Below, piece after piece: positions 1 through 10,610 of a DNA stretch of 64,000 nt. The DNA lies in contig CBDFMX010000002.1 in the NCBI GenBank assembly GCA_965249805.1, forward strand, positions 1,214,639 to 1,278,638, read 5' to 3'. Under the pieces are notes generated by a model. That model did no database searches. It saw only the letters and a program-made list of their open reading frames with translations, and was not told the origin of the DNA. The translations under genes and the position numbers were made by a program. The DNA comes from Stigonema sp. Lineage in GTDB: Bacteria > Cyanobacteriota > Cyanobacteriia > Cyanobacteriales > Nostocaceae. The number at the start of each line of letters is the position of its first letter. The first letter of the stretch is position 1.

Positions 1-920
1 ACTATATATTGAGCAGCCGCGACGTTGCTAGCAACTGGTTGCAACTGTCCCTGTCTGACCAAAGCTTGATATAAAATCGCTGCAGCATCCGCACGAGTGA
101 GTGCTCCTGTGGGATTGAGTGTTTTCACATCCGGATAGTCAACGACAAGATTGGCTTGTGTTGCTACAACCACATTATTCAAGGCATAGTTCGGGATTGC
201 TGAGGCGTCTGTATAGTAGGTAGTGAGAATATCTGGCGACGCGCTGCTAGCATTCAAACTCAAACCACTTGTTAAAGCAACAATTGCCTGCACCTTGGGT
301 ATTTGCTGATTGGGTCGAAACACATTTCCTGGATAACCAGCCATAAATCCGGTTTCGTAGGCTTTCTGAATTGCAGCAGCAGCCCAGTAGCTAGAAGGAA
401 CGTCTGAAAATCCACCAGCACTTAACTGCCGAACCGGGTTTTGGTTAAATGCTTTTCCAATCATTGCTGCAAATTCAGCACGAGTCACAGATTGATCCGG
501 CTTAAAAGTGCCATCAGGAAAGCCGGCAATCACATTTTTTGCAGCTAGGGCTTGAATAAATGGACTTGCCCAGTAATCTTGTCCAACATCAGAAAAGGTA
601 GCCGTTGAAGTTTGGGGTGCGGTGAGAGTTGGAGAGGTTGGAGGCGTACCCTGATCTGGAATTGGAGAGGTTGGAGGCGTAACCTGATTTGGAATTGGAG
701 AGGTTGGAGGAGTAACTTGAGTTGGATTTTGAGAGGTTGGAGGCGTAACTTGATTTAGAATTTGAGAGGTTGGAGGCGTACCCCGATCTGGAGTTGGAGA
801 GGTTGAGGGAGTCTGAGCTGAAGCTGGAGCAGAAATTATTGTGGAAGCAACTGGACCGATGGTGCCTCCTAGAACTAACAATGCGGCACTTGCTGATGAC
901 CAACGTAGTAAACTACACAT
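1..920 (-). CDS. S-layer homology (SLH) domain protein, 5' end of gene (runs off window start); signal peptide, Pro/Thr-rich heptapeptide linker, three SLH motifs
   Basis: Minus-strand ATG at 918-920 with AGGAG about 9 nt upstream. N-terminus MCSLLRWSSASAALLVLGGTIGPVAS, then TPPTSQ-type repeats, then FSDVGQDYWASPFIQALAAKNVIAGFPDGTFKPDQSVTRAEFAAMIGKAF (classic SLH motif) and two further SLH-like segments. The frame stays open to position 1. The ORF track reports only a shifted-frame shadow at 589..903. Confidence 0.7.
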   Translation of the reverse strand, partial: MCSLLRWSSASAALLVLGGTIGPVASTIISAPASAQTPSTSPTPDRGTPPTSQILNQVTPPTSQNPTQVTPPTSPIPNQVTPPTSPIPDQGTPPTSPTLTAPQTSTATFSDVGQDYWASPFIQALAAKNVIAGFPDGTFKPDQSVTRAEFAAMIGKAFNQNPVRQLSAGGFSDVPSSYWAAAAIQKAYETGFMAGYPGNVFRPNQQIPKVQAIVALTSGLSLNASSASPDILTTYYTDASAIPNYALNNVVVATQANLVVDYPDVKTLNPTGALTRADAAAILYQALVRQGQLQPVASNVAAAQYI

Positions 921-1631
921 AAAAATCTTCTCCTACACCAAATTGAGTAAATGGTAGTCAACAATAAACGCGAGACTGAGTTGGCAAAAATACAGACATC
1001 AATTGATTTTTTCTATCAGATAGTTAGGTAATACCTCAAAGAGGGTCTATAACACATCTATCGCAGGCTAGTATAAGACATCTATCGAAAGCAAGGGTAT
1101 TGACTTGTTCACCCTTGTATGGGATTGGGATCGTTAAATAGAGCTTGGGTTTTTGCACTGCGAGGACAAGTGGAAACACGCTCATTGATACAAACCTACG
1201 ATCAATTCTCCTGCAAAATCTCTTCCACACAGATATTATTAGAAGCGGCAATTTCTAACTTGTTCCCGAAAATTAATCTCACAGGAGACGAGAGTTGCAC
1301 CAAACCCATGAGCAGTTATCCTTTCCAGTATTGTAAATTTTTATTTCTCTGAAGACCAATCCCAAAAATTGTTGGTAGGTATATACTTTTTCGCGCTGGC
1401 TGAGGCGATGATTTAACAAGCGTTGGGCATTCGTTACTTTGAGACTGCCCAAATTCCTGTGCGAGGGAAGAACTTCTAGAACACCGATTCAGGAATCAAA
1501 AACCTAACCCCCCAACCCCCTTCCCTACGAGGGAAGGGGGAGCCAAATGCCGATCGCCTGCTCCCTCAAAGCAAGCAGTGAGATGGGGTATCATTTAAGC
1601 CAGCACTTACCTGATACCATATACCAATATT

Positions 1632-2810
1632 ATGTCAAATCATCTGACACTTCCAACAACAAAGCCGCGCATTCCACATTTTTCTTCTGGTCCTTGTGCA
1701 AAGCGCCCCGGCTGGAGTGTGGAAAATCTGAAAAATGCTTGTGTAGGTCGTTCCCACCGATCTAGTGCTGGCAAAGCTAAGTTAGCACAAGTTATCGAAA
1801 GCTCTAAGAAAATTCTTGGTGTTCCTGCAGACTATCGCCTGGGTATCGTTCCTGCTTCCGATACGGGTGCAGTAGAAATGGCTTTGTGGTCGCTTTTAGG
1901 ACAACGCCCTCTCGATATCTTGGCATGGGAAAGCTTTGGTCAGGAATGGGTCAAAGATGTTGTCGATGAGCTAAAATTGCCTGATGCACGCCTGCTGAAA
2001 GCAGACTACGGCAGTTTGCCCAATCTAGACGAAGTTGACTTTAGCCGCGACGTAGTATTTTTATGGAATGGCACAACCTCAGGTGTCAGGGTACCTAATG
2101 GCGATTGGATCAAAGCAGACCGTCAAGGACTTACCATCTGCGATGCCACATCTGCTGTATTCGCTATGGATGTACCTTGGGAAAAGTTGGATGTAGTTAC
2201 CTATTCCTGGCAAAAGGTATTGGGTGGAGAAGCACAACATGGTGTCATTGTACTTTCACCTCGTGCAGTTTCGCGCCTCGAAAGCTATCAACCTGCTTGG
2301 CCTGTGCCGAAACTTTTCCGCCTCGCCCAAAAAGGCAAACTGATCGAAGGCATTTTTAAAGGAGATACTATCAACACTCCATCGATGTTATGTGTAGAAG
2401 ATGCGATCGACGGGTTAATCTGGGCAGAAAGTATCGGCGGACTTCCAGAATTAATTCGCCGCAGCGAAGCAAATCTGGCAATAATCGCTAACTGGGTTGG
2501 GCAAAGTAGTTGGGCAGATTTCTTAGCTGAAAAATCGGAAACTCGCTCCTGTACATCGATTTGTCTCAAGATTGTCGATGCTTGGTTTACTGCCTTAAGT
2601 CCACAACAGCAGGCAGAATCTGCGCAAAAACTGGCGAAACTATTAGAGAAGCATTCTGTAGCTTTCGACATTGCATCTTACCGTTCCGCACCCCCAGGAA
2701 TCAGGATTTGGGGTGGGGCTACGGTAGAAACCGCAGATATTGAAGCCTTACTTCCGTGGTTAGATTGGGCATACGCTACTGTCAAAGCCGAAGTCGATCA
2801 AGCTGCTTAG
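1632..2810 (+). CDS. class V aminotransferase, phosphoserine aminotransferase (SerC)-like
   Basis: 392-aa ORF with FSSGPCA near the N-terminus (FxxGP motif of PSAT), [20 protein letters not shown] and a C-terminal region typical of SerC/AGXT-like enzymes. The true start is probably downstream of the annotated ATG. Confidence 0.55.
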   Translation: MSNHLTLPTTKPRIPHFSSGPCAKRPGWSVENLKNACVGRSHRSSAGKAKLAQVIESSKKILGVPADYRLGIVPASDTGAVEMALWSLLGQRPLDILAWESFGQEWVKDVVDELKLPDARLLKADYGSLPNLDEVDFSRDVVFLWNGTTSGVRVPNGDWIKADRQGLTICDATSAVFAMDVPWEKLDVVTYSWQKVLGGEAQHGVIVLSPRAVSRLESYQPAWPVPKLFRLAQKGKLIEGIFKGDTINTPSMLCVEDAIDGLIWAESIGGLPELIRRSEANLAIIANWVGQSSWADFLAEKSETRSCTSICLKIVDAWFTALSPQQQAESAQKLAKLLEKHSVAFDIASYRSAPPGIRIWGGATVETADIEALLPWLDWAYATVKAEVDQAA

Positions 2811-2814
2811 GATC

Positions 2815-2975
2815 GTTTAGATTGAGGGCTGGAAATGGCTAATGGCTAACCGCTAATGGCTAATTGCTCATTGAAATCAGCAATTAGCAATTAGCCATTA
2901 GCAATCAGCAATCAGCAATTATCAATCAGCAATCAGCAATCAGCAATCAGCAATCAGCAATTATCAATCCGCTAA
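2815..2975. repeat. STRR-type heptamer tandem array (AATCAGC/AATTAGC and GCTAATG variants) arranged as a palindrome
   Basis: Directly visible: gctaatggctaa...cagcaatcagcaatcagcaat. The left and right halves are reverse complements, so the array can form a long hairpin just 3' of the aminotransferase gene. Confidence 0.8.
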
Positions 2976-4309
2976 AAATTCCGCCGCCACTGATAAACTC
3001 TATCTGAAGGGTATTGACCTTTAAGGCTGACTCTGGCAATCGTTCGATAGTCGCCGAGAGCATTGCTTGGTTGTGGAGTACGATAACCAGCAAAGACCAT
3101 CACCACATCGTTATTCTCAAGACGAGTAATACTCGGTGAATAAACTCGTCCGGCAAACCAAGATTGCGTGTCTCCCACAACTGGAGTGCTAGAAGGGATA
3201 GTAGTTGGGGTATTGTTGACATTGACAGTGATGGGAGCGACAGAGGCGATCGGATTGTTAATGCCGTTGACGATCGTCCAATGGCGAAGATCCTGAGACT
3301 CCGCATAACCGATGTAGTGGAATGCATCAGAGTCGCCATCTAGGCAGTTGCCGCCAGAAAAGAAAAGACCAAAGCGATTGTTGGGGAGCTTGACAATTGT
3401 GCCGCGAGAAGCAACATATCGAGTCTCTGTAAGACCGACTGCAGTGGAATCGTTTAGTCCAGAAACCGGTCCTAAGTCCTTGAAGTTCACACCATCTGTA
3501 GTCGTTGCCAAGCGCGGTGTCACAATATCATGATTGGCTGCTCTGCCAGCAGGAGTTACACCGCACTGCTGAGATTCAGGAAGAGCAGTGTCACCAGTAT
3601 TATCTGCGTTTTTTTGTTTTTGCAAATACAGAATCGTTCGCTGGTTGGTTTGAGGAACTTCGCCGATGATGCCGTCGGGATTGAGTAGCCCAGTAGTTCT
3701 CTCTGGGACATCCTGAAATTCAGGGACTGGCTTGAGAGGCGACTCACGTTCTGGGCTAAGTCGATGCACAACTAACCCAGCTTTATCGATATTCTCGTCA
3801 GAGCGATCCAATGTATAGAGGTAGCTGCTTCCTTTTAGACTGATTACGAAAGGATGTCCCTGTCCGTTATCATTATCATTGGTTGCGCTATCTGAGGGAG
3901 GACAGCGATCGCTCAGTTCCAGCCCCTTTTGCTGGAAATTCCAAGTTTTTCCAGCGTCGTTTGAAGTCGCTGCGACTGTTGCCTCGGTGATGTTTCGAGG
4001 GCGGTAGTCAAAGTATCCTTGCAAGTTATTGCCTACTCCTGTGATGAATGGGAAGTAGTATGGCTGCATCAGTTCAGTGCCAGGATTATTCTGCCGCACG
4101 TTGCCGACACAATATCCTGCTGACGGCAGATCGTTACTTGCTGCTGACTGAGCCAAAGTCCACGGTCCACCAGTGATTACCGCCTCAGTTGGCGAGTCAT
4201 TTGCAGTCCAGGTCACGAAAGAGTCAGATGGGGTAGCGAGACTACTCGCTCCTGAAATGCCTAGTAATGTGGCGGCAGTAAGTGTAATCCCTGTAATCGC
4301 TTGTCGCAA
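2972..4309 (-). CDS. secreted protein with BNR/Asp-box motif (sialidase-like/glycosidase-like fold), function unknown
   Basis: Long minus-strand ORF. Likely TTG start at 4309, preceded by AGGAG. Signal-peptide-like MRQAITGITLTAATLLGISGASSLA. One clear Asp-box, SNDAGKTW. No close family recognised. Confidence 0.45.
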   Translation of the reverse strand: MRQAITGITLTAATLLGISGASSLATPSDSFVTWTANDSPTEAVITGGPWTLAQSAASNDLPSAGYCVGNVRQNNPGTELMQPYYFPFITGVGNNLQGYFDYRPRNITEATVAATSNDAGKTWNFQQKGLELSDRCPPSDSATNDNDNGQGHPFVISLKGSSYLYTLDRSDENIDKAGLVVHRLSPERESPLKPVPEFQDVPERTTGLLNPDGIIGEVPQTNQRTILYLQKQKNADNTGDTALPESQQCGVTPAGRAANHDIVTPRLATTTDGVNFKDLGPVSGLNDSTAVGLTETRYVASRGTIVKLPNNRFGLFFSGGNCLDGDSDAFHYIGYAESQDLRHWTIVNGINNPIASVAPITVNVNNTPTTIPSSTPVVGDTQSWFAGRVYSPSITRLENNDVVMVFAGYRTPQPSNALGDYRTIARVSLKGQYPSDRVYQWRRNF

Positions 4310-4494
4310 AATAATCTCCTGTGTTTCATTTCTATGTAGTAGGTAAATTGTTACATAGCCACAGTTTATTAAGGTTAACAGGAGTTCAAGATTAGATGCA
4401 TTTCTGTTTAAGCAAAATTGTGAAATCTGAATACTTGAAATTGGCGTTGTCTCACAACGAATTTCATTCAATTAAACCATAATATAACCGTAGG

Positions 4495-4750
4495 GGCGGG
4501 GTATCCCCGCCCTTACAATTTAGTCTAGGGCTATTTCATTCTAAGATCGCAACCTCACTCGCCGTGCGTAATAAATTCCTAGGCTAATAGCTGAAGTCGG
4601 CTTAAGCCGACTTGAACTACTGTTAAATGAGCGTCCGTTAAAACGGACTTGTAGAGACGCGAAATTTCGCGTCTCTACAGAGCCAAGACTAGATTTCAAG
4701 GCTCTGATTTAGAATGAAATAGCCCTGCAATGTAGTCTAGTTGTGACAAC
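4495..4750. repeat. MITE-like composite repeat with terminal inverted repeats and internal perfect hairpins
   Basis: TIRs ctagggctatttcattctaa / ttagaatgaaatagccctg. Internal palindromes gtagagacgcgaaatttcgcgtctctac and gagcgtccgttaaaacggac. An upstream hairpin ccgtaggggcggggtatccccgcccttac is related to repeats at 45455 and 48010. Confidence 0.6.
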
Positions 4751-5429
4751 ATTTGGTGATAATGTCACGTCCTTTGCTTTTTCCAGCTAATGGTACTAAT
4801 ATTTCATACTTTTGAGTAAGATAGTTATAGTAATACTCAAAAAAATTGATTTAATTAATAATAATAATAGCAGTGAAACCACTAGAGCAATCCAGTAATC
4901 TCGTAACAGAGAAAGAATCACTCTTTCAACTGCTTGAACAATAATTTATTCTATTTCTTCATTCGCCAGAGTCTGATTAATTATTTCTTCTACCTTACTG
5001 TTAAAGCTGACAATTGCCTTACGAGATACTTTATTAACCTTTCGTCGAGACTTTGATCATCTTGCCGCTCCTTAAAAGCTATTGAAGCCATTTCAGAATT
5101 CTGAAATGGCTTCAATTGGGCTACCAAACTTCCCATGTGGTCGTAATACTAGATAATTTGATAGTGGAGTCAAGCGTAGTCAATCACCGTCTATTCCTCT
5201 GATGATGCGCTCCAAAAACTCAATCACACGCTTGGTCGGCATCAATAGAAGACAGCTTGTAGTTTTTTCCATGCTGTCGGAGTAAGACCTACCATGTGTT
5301 TCTCTTTCATCTCGTCATAAAAGACAGGCTGATTTTTTATTCTTTTCTTTCCTTTAACTGGTTGCATAATTTTTCACTTATAGCTATACTATAAATATAG
5401 CAGATTAACTTCATGGGAGGTGATAACTA

Positions 5430-6780
5430 GTGCTTAAAAAGAAAAAAGGTTTTAGCATCGCTACTAAAAGTGTTAAGTGCAAACTAAAACGTAATGGTTT
5501 TGATTTAACCGAAACTAAAGTAGCTTTTAATGAAGTTGTACACTTTTACTTTGCACTAGTTAATACACATCCTGAAGGTATTGACCTACCAAGAGAGTCA
5601 GATGGAGGATGGCGATATTATGAAAAGTTGACAATTGGTGATGATGCACAGTATCCATTGCCATTTAATGGTTTCCCCGTGCAACTTCGCCGCGCTGCAA
5701 TACGTAAGGCAATTGGTGCTTGGGAATCATGGCATAGTAATTACGTCATATGGTTAAACCGTCCCAAAAAGCAAAAACATCATAGACCGCCAGTACAGCC
5801 ACGTCATTTTAACTTTTCACCTAGTTATGATGCGGGAGTATGGAAAGAAGATGATGGTAGTTCAATCATCTTTAAGATACTAATTGGTGGACAATGGAAA
5901 TGGGTTAAGTTTCAATACCTTGCACCAGAGATTATTGGGGATTGGATAAAAGGTTCTCCATCAATAGTAATAAAAGGAAATACACTTTATATAGTTTTTC
6001 CTTTACAGAAATATGTTCCCGCCACAGGGGGAATAAAGACAATCATGGCTCAGGACTCGTTTAGGGTCTTGGGTGTAGACATGGATTTAGATCGTCATAT
6101 CGCTATACTTTCAGTTCTAGAGGTCAACGCTAAGGATGAAATGTTTGAGGTCACAAGACACTTCATTAAACAAATTAGTCATACCAAGCGTAGGAAGCGA
6201 TCGCTGTGGACGAATAGCCTTAAAAATGCGGCAGACGGGAATTGTTGAGAAGGGGTTTGGTTCTACCATGTGGTTCGGACTGCACAATGCTGAAATTGAA
6301 GCAGGTAGAACTTACGCAAGAAGGATTGTAGAGTTTGCTCAAACATGGCAATGCTCTGTTATTTCTTTTGAGCATCTAGGCAGTCTTAGACCTCAACGTG
6401 GTAAATATTCCCGTCGTTCAAATCTTAAACGTGCTTATTGGTTAAAATCCAAGGTATATCTGCAAGTTAGCCGAATAGCTTACCAAGATTACAGCATTTT
6501 AACAACAAGAGTCAATCCTCGACATACATCAAGTCTTGACCCTTGGGGTAATCCTGTCTGGCGTAATAACCAGTTCCCAGTAACATTGTTTGACTTCCTG
6601 TCTTATCAGCCTGGAACAAACTTAGTGGGAACAGTTAACGGCTACATTGCACACTCTGGCTTGAACGCTGCACGCAACATCGGGTTAAAAGCGATATTAC
6701 GGTACAGAACTAATCTTGTATTGCGGACTCTTACAAAGTATCAGACGCTCCGCCATACAAGAGAAAGCCTAGAGCAGTAA
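5430..6780 (+). pseudogene. tnpB: TnpB-like (IS200/IS605/IS607 OrfB family) gene, frameshifted near 6245, with degenerate RuvC-III (HSG instead of HAD) and no zinc finger
   Basis: Two overlapping ORFs (5430..6248 frame 0, 6136..6780 frame +1) together give the TnpB architecture. N-terminal WESWHSN and beta-rich region, RuvC-I LGVDMDLD, RuvC-II SFEHLG, RuvC-III-like IAHSGLNAARNIG in which the catalytic Asp is replaced by Gly. No CxxC pairs lie between RuvC-II and RuvC-III. Confidence 0.6.
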
Positions 6781-7028
6781 TGTTTTAGGTGTGCAATCAA
6801 ACTAGAACGGGTTTGTGACCTCCCACTTTGATTGTACCAGGCTAGGGTAGACTGCCTAATGGTTCCTACTTCACTACGTTCTAAGCGGTCGAGGTTACGC
6901 CTCATGTGGCTACTAGAAACGATTATTGAGGAGCCGAAAAAGTGAACAAATAAAGGTCGTTGACTCCGGTTAACTCCGATATTTGGCTACTCTAGGTGTA
7001 CAGAGCTTACAAAAATATTTATTTACTT

Positions 7029-7328
7029 TTATCCTTCTGCCGTTTCGCCTTGAGGCTCCTCAGACATAGGTTCCGACTCTGCTTCCGGTTTGATGGGACT
7101 GGGTTGAGGCTTAACGGGTTTCGGACCACGCGCTAGGGCAGGACTAGCCTGCTGCCTGACTTCGTTGCCAAAAGATGCTTTTTTGCCTTTACCCGACGAG
7201 CGGTCTTCGATCCGTTTTAATACTTTGGGAGTGGATTCTACAGGAGGTATAAAATCCGAATTCCCAGAATCGTTGTCAGTACTCTCTTTGGCCTGACGTT
7301 CAGATTTCTTGATTGGGCGTTCTACCAT
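7029..7328 (-). CDS. hypothetical low-complexity (Pro/Lys/Glu/Ser-rich) protein
   Basis: 99-aa ORF with ATG start. Composition suggests a disordered protein. No family recognised. Confidence 0.3.
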   Translation of the reverse strand: MVERPIKKSERQAKESTDNDSGNSDFIPPVESTPKVLKRIEDRSSGKGKKASFGNEVRQQASPALARGPKPVKPQPSPIKPEAESEPMSEEPQGETAEG

Positions 7329-7585
7329 TGTTAAGTTCTGTTAAGTCCTTTGGATATAATACCTCGCTTTGCTACTGACCGAACTGATGTTTTTCGCCTT
7401 GACGGAGTATTTTTTTAGAATCCAACTTGTAACAAGGATAGACATTTTTTGTATAATACTATAAATAAGGTAGATAAACAGAAAAACTTAATGTATCTTC
7501 AACTCATAGCAGACTTTTTCCGGATCGGAGCACTTAGCACTTCGGGAAGAGTTTAATGTCTTTGAGTACCCGGATTTAGGAAAGT

Positions 7586-8460
7586 ATGGAACATTCTACC
7601 TCTATCACCTCGATAGCAAGACATTCATCACCAGCCGAGCGACTCTCATTCGGGAAAGCCTTGCGTGATACTGTACCGCGATCTACTCACGGCAACTGGA
7701 ATCAAAGTGCCGATCGCCCCGATCCGATCGCCGCCTTAGAGGCATCTAGCCAAGGACGACTGCCCAAGAAGAGTGCCGATTCGGTATGGTCGGATGCTGA
7801 AGTCACCGTTCACCTTCCTTCGGGGTGCGGCGATCGTCATGGCGGCAGACCTTGCCACAACCCCTACCACAGGGATTAAAGTACAGGCATGTGGCGACTG
7901 TCACCTACTTAACTTTGGTGGGTACGGGACACCAGAAGGCAACCTCGTCTTCGACGTGAACGATTTCGACGAAACGCTTCCTGCCCCCTGGGAGTGGGAT
8001 ATTAAACGTTTGGCAACAAGCGTTGTCGTTGCAGGTCGCCACATCAACGTTTCGGCAAAGAACTGCTCCGAAGCAGCGCGTATAACTGCCTGCTCCTACC
8101 GGGAACACATGAGTAAATATGCTCAAATGGGTCCTCTTGAGGTATGGTACTCGCGCATTGATGCCAACGTTTTGCGTAACTTTAACCACCATGCCAAGCA
8201 CGGTCAACGCATCGATCAAAATGTAGAGACGCTAACACGCACCTCCGCCTCCGCGTTGCCAAAATTGACAGAGGTGGTTGCCGGACAGTGGCGAATTATT
8301 GACAAACCACCGTTGATGTACCACTTGCCACCTGACGATCTGCTTGAGGAAGAGGTGGAGTCTGTTTACCAGCATTACCGCCAAACCCTGCGGGATGACC
8401 TGCAAGTTCTGCTGAATCGCTATCGCCGTTTAAGTAAGTCACAAAATACTGGGATTAATC
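7586..8460 (+). pseudogene. DUF2252-family protein, 5' portion; contains a +1 frameshift near 7775 and is truncated by the IS607 insertion
   Basis: ORFs 7586..7879 and 7773..8477 in different frames jointly give the DUF2252 N-terminal signature (RDTVPRSTHGNWNQSADRPDPIAALE ... PIRYGRMLKSPFTFLRGAA ... CGDCHLLNFG ... FDVNDFDET). The match ends at LLNRYRRL, where IS sequence begins. Confidence 0.7.
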
Positions 8461-8500
8461 ATGCTATAATGGAGTAAATCAGACATTTGCTCCATTTATT

Positions 8501-9100
8501 ATGTATATCACTCCAACCGAAGCTCAACAACGCTACGGCTATCATCCCAAAACCTTGAGCAGATGGGCAGACGATGGAAAGATCAAAAGTATCAAATCCC
8601 CTGGTGGTCATCGTCGTTACCTTGTTGAATCTCTTGAAAAAGTTGTTGCTGCAATTGATGATAGACCTGTTATTCTTTATGCCAGAGTTTCTACGGCTTC
8701 TCAAAAAGATGACTTAGCGAGTCAGATTGAATATCTTGGTAAGAATTATCCAAATTGTAAATGTATTAGTGAGTATGGATCTGGGCTGAACTTTAAGCGG
8801 AAAAAGTTTATGACTTTAATGGAACAAGTCTTAAAGCAAGAAGTTAAAACCATAGTTGTAGCACATAAAGATAGATTGTGTCGATTTGGATTTGATTTTG
8901 TTGAATGGTTCTGCAACGCTCATAGATGCGACATTGTTATTCTTAACAACACCTACAAACCACCGCATCAAGAACTGATGTCAGACTTTATGAGTATCAT
9001 GCACTGTTTTTCTTCAAAACTTTATTTTTTGAGAAAGTATGAAAAAGTTATAATTGCTTCTGCAGAATACGACAATTCAGACAAACCTGTGTTAGACTAG
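8501..9100 (+). CDS. tnpA: IS607-family transposase TnpA (MerR-like HTH plus serine recombinase catalytic domain)
   Basis: The N-terminus YITPTEAQQRYGYHPKTLSRWADDGKIKS has HTH character. YARVSTASQKDDLASQ carries the catalytic-serine motif of the resolvase/invertase family. Length 199 aa. Confidence 0.8.
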   Translation: MYITPTEAQQRYGYHPKTLSRWADDGKIKSIKSPGGHRRYLVESLEKVVAAIDDRPVILYARVSTASQKDDLASQIEYLGKNYPNCKCISEYGSGLNFKRKKFMTLMEQVLKQEVKTIVVAHKDRLCRFGFDFVEWFCNAHRCDIVILNNTYKPPHQELMSDFMSIMHCFSSKLYFLRKYEKVIIASAEYDNSDKPVLD

Positions 9101-9119
9101 TTACCAGGAGGTACAAACA

Positions 9120-10610
9120 ATGACTAAGCGCAAAAAGAAGCCCAAAAACGAAATTCATCAGATGTCAACTCAGATTGTTAATGTTGTCTTGATTGATCAT
9201 GCAGTTAAGTCTGAGTTGCTGGATATTATGGAGCGCTTAGGTATTGTTCGTTCCGAGGCTTATAACAAACTTGGTGGTGTTAGGTACTGGGGAATGAATT
9301 GGCGCGATGCATATTCTGAAGTTCGTGCTTTGAGATCGCCTGAGTCACTGGGACTGCCCTCCAAGTTAATGGAATGGACAGTCAGTGATGTCGCCAAGGC
9401 GATACTAGCTCAACAAGCTGCAACTGTTGCACTTGTTAGGGGGAAGATTTGGGCGAGACTACCTGGAGAGGAGAATGAAGAGGCTCGAAACGAGGCTTAC
9501 AGAAAGCTTAACTCGACTGAGTTTCTATCAGATTCGTTTCTGAGTAGAATTGTTAGGGAGCAGTTTCAACGTGGTCATACCTGGGTTGACAACCAAATTG
9601 TTTATCAGCCAGAAGCTTATTCGGTAACACGAATTAATCGTTTTGTCTACAGACTGAGTGTATCTGGCTTGACTAGAGGTAAGCGGATTCAGTTTAATGT
9701 AAGAAGTAACCGCAAACCATCTGGACAAATCAGACTTATTTACAATTCAGAATTAGAGCGCTTTGAAATTCATTTTGTAGTTAACTTCGGCATCTATACC
9801 AAGTCTCCAGATTCAGAAAGAACACCCATTGGTATTGACAAAGGGTATACAGAAGCCTTTATTGATTCTAATGAAAAGATTCATGGTGATGGATTAGGCA
9901 AGTTATTAACTTTGAAATCAGATCGCATTACTGACAAGAATCGTCTTCGTGGTAAATTGTTTGCTCTTTTCCGTAAAATTGAATTGTCCGACCCAGTTAA
10001 AGCTGCACGCATTCTTGAAAATAATCTATCTCGAAAAACCGAAAACAAGCGTTATAGACTAGACCAAGCTGCTATCTCTTCATTGCTTGGTCAAGCCTCA
10101 AAATCCCTGTTTGCTACAGGTAAATTAAAAGTTTTTGCTGAAGACTTGACGGAACCGATTAAGAATAAACGTCAATCAAAAGCAATGTCTCGCAAGTTAA
10201 ATAGTTGGGTGAAAGGATACATGCGAGACAGTTTACAGAAATGGGCTGACTGGAGCGATTCAGTGATCACAGAAGTCAACGCTGCGTATACGTCACAAAC
10301 GGATGCTGTCACGTTTACCCTTTTAGGGAAGCGTGAAGGCGACCGTTTTACCAGGCATACTGGGGTCGTTGTGCAGTCTGACTGCAATGCTGCTTTAGCT
10401 GTCCTTCATCGAGGTACGGATCAGGACATAACTCGGTACATGGGATCGAGTGAAGTGCAAGCAGTGTTATTGCGTCGTACTGCAATGTTTTTGAAACTTC
10501 AAGGCTTGAGTTTAGAAGATGCGATGGAGTTGGGATGGCTCGATCCTAAGCATCGGAAGAATCCGGAGTTTCAAAGACTGGTAAGTGGGAGCTTACCAAC
10601 GTCTAGATAG
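9120..10610 (+). CDS. tnpB: IS607-family TnpB (OrfB) RNA-guided nuclease homolog, RuvC triad present, zinc finger absent
   Basis: RBS GGAGG precedes the ATG. RuvC-I IGIDKG, RuvC-II VFAEDL, RuvC-III VVQSDCNAALAV. The region where the CxxC..CxxC zinc finger normally sits reads AAYTSQTDAVTFTLLGKREGDRFTRHTG and has no Cys pairs. Confidence 0.8.
   Translation: MTKRKKKPKNEIHQMSTQIVNVVLIDHAVKSELLDIMERLGIVRSEAYNKLGGVRYWGMNWRDAYSEVRALRSPESLGLPSKLMEWTVSDVAKAILAQQAATVALVRGKIWARLPGEENEEARNEAYRKLNSTEFLSDSFLSRIVREQFQRGHTWVDNQIVYQPEAYSVTRINRFVYRLSVSGLTRGKRIQFNVRSNRKPSGQIRLIYNSELERFEIHFVVNFGIYTKSPDSERTPIGIDKGYTEAFIDSNEKIHGDGLGKLLTLKSDRITDKNRLRGKLFALFRKIELSDPVKAARILENNLSRKTENKRYRLDQAAISSLLGQASKSLFATGKLKVFAEDLTEPIKNKRQSKAMSRKLNSWVKGYMRDSLQKWADWSDSVITEVNAAYTSQTDAVTFTLLGKREGDRFTRHTGVVVQSDCNAALAVLHRGTDQDITRYMGSSEVQAVLLRRTAMFLKLQGLSLEDAMELGWLDPKHRKNPEFQRLVSGSLPTSR

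Noticed and set aside
1036-1352. Two small overlapping ORFs upstream of the aminotransferase gene
   Set aside because: No RBS and no recognisable motifs. The region looks like promoter/5' UTR with a ccccttccctacgagggaagggggag hairpin repeat.
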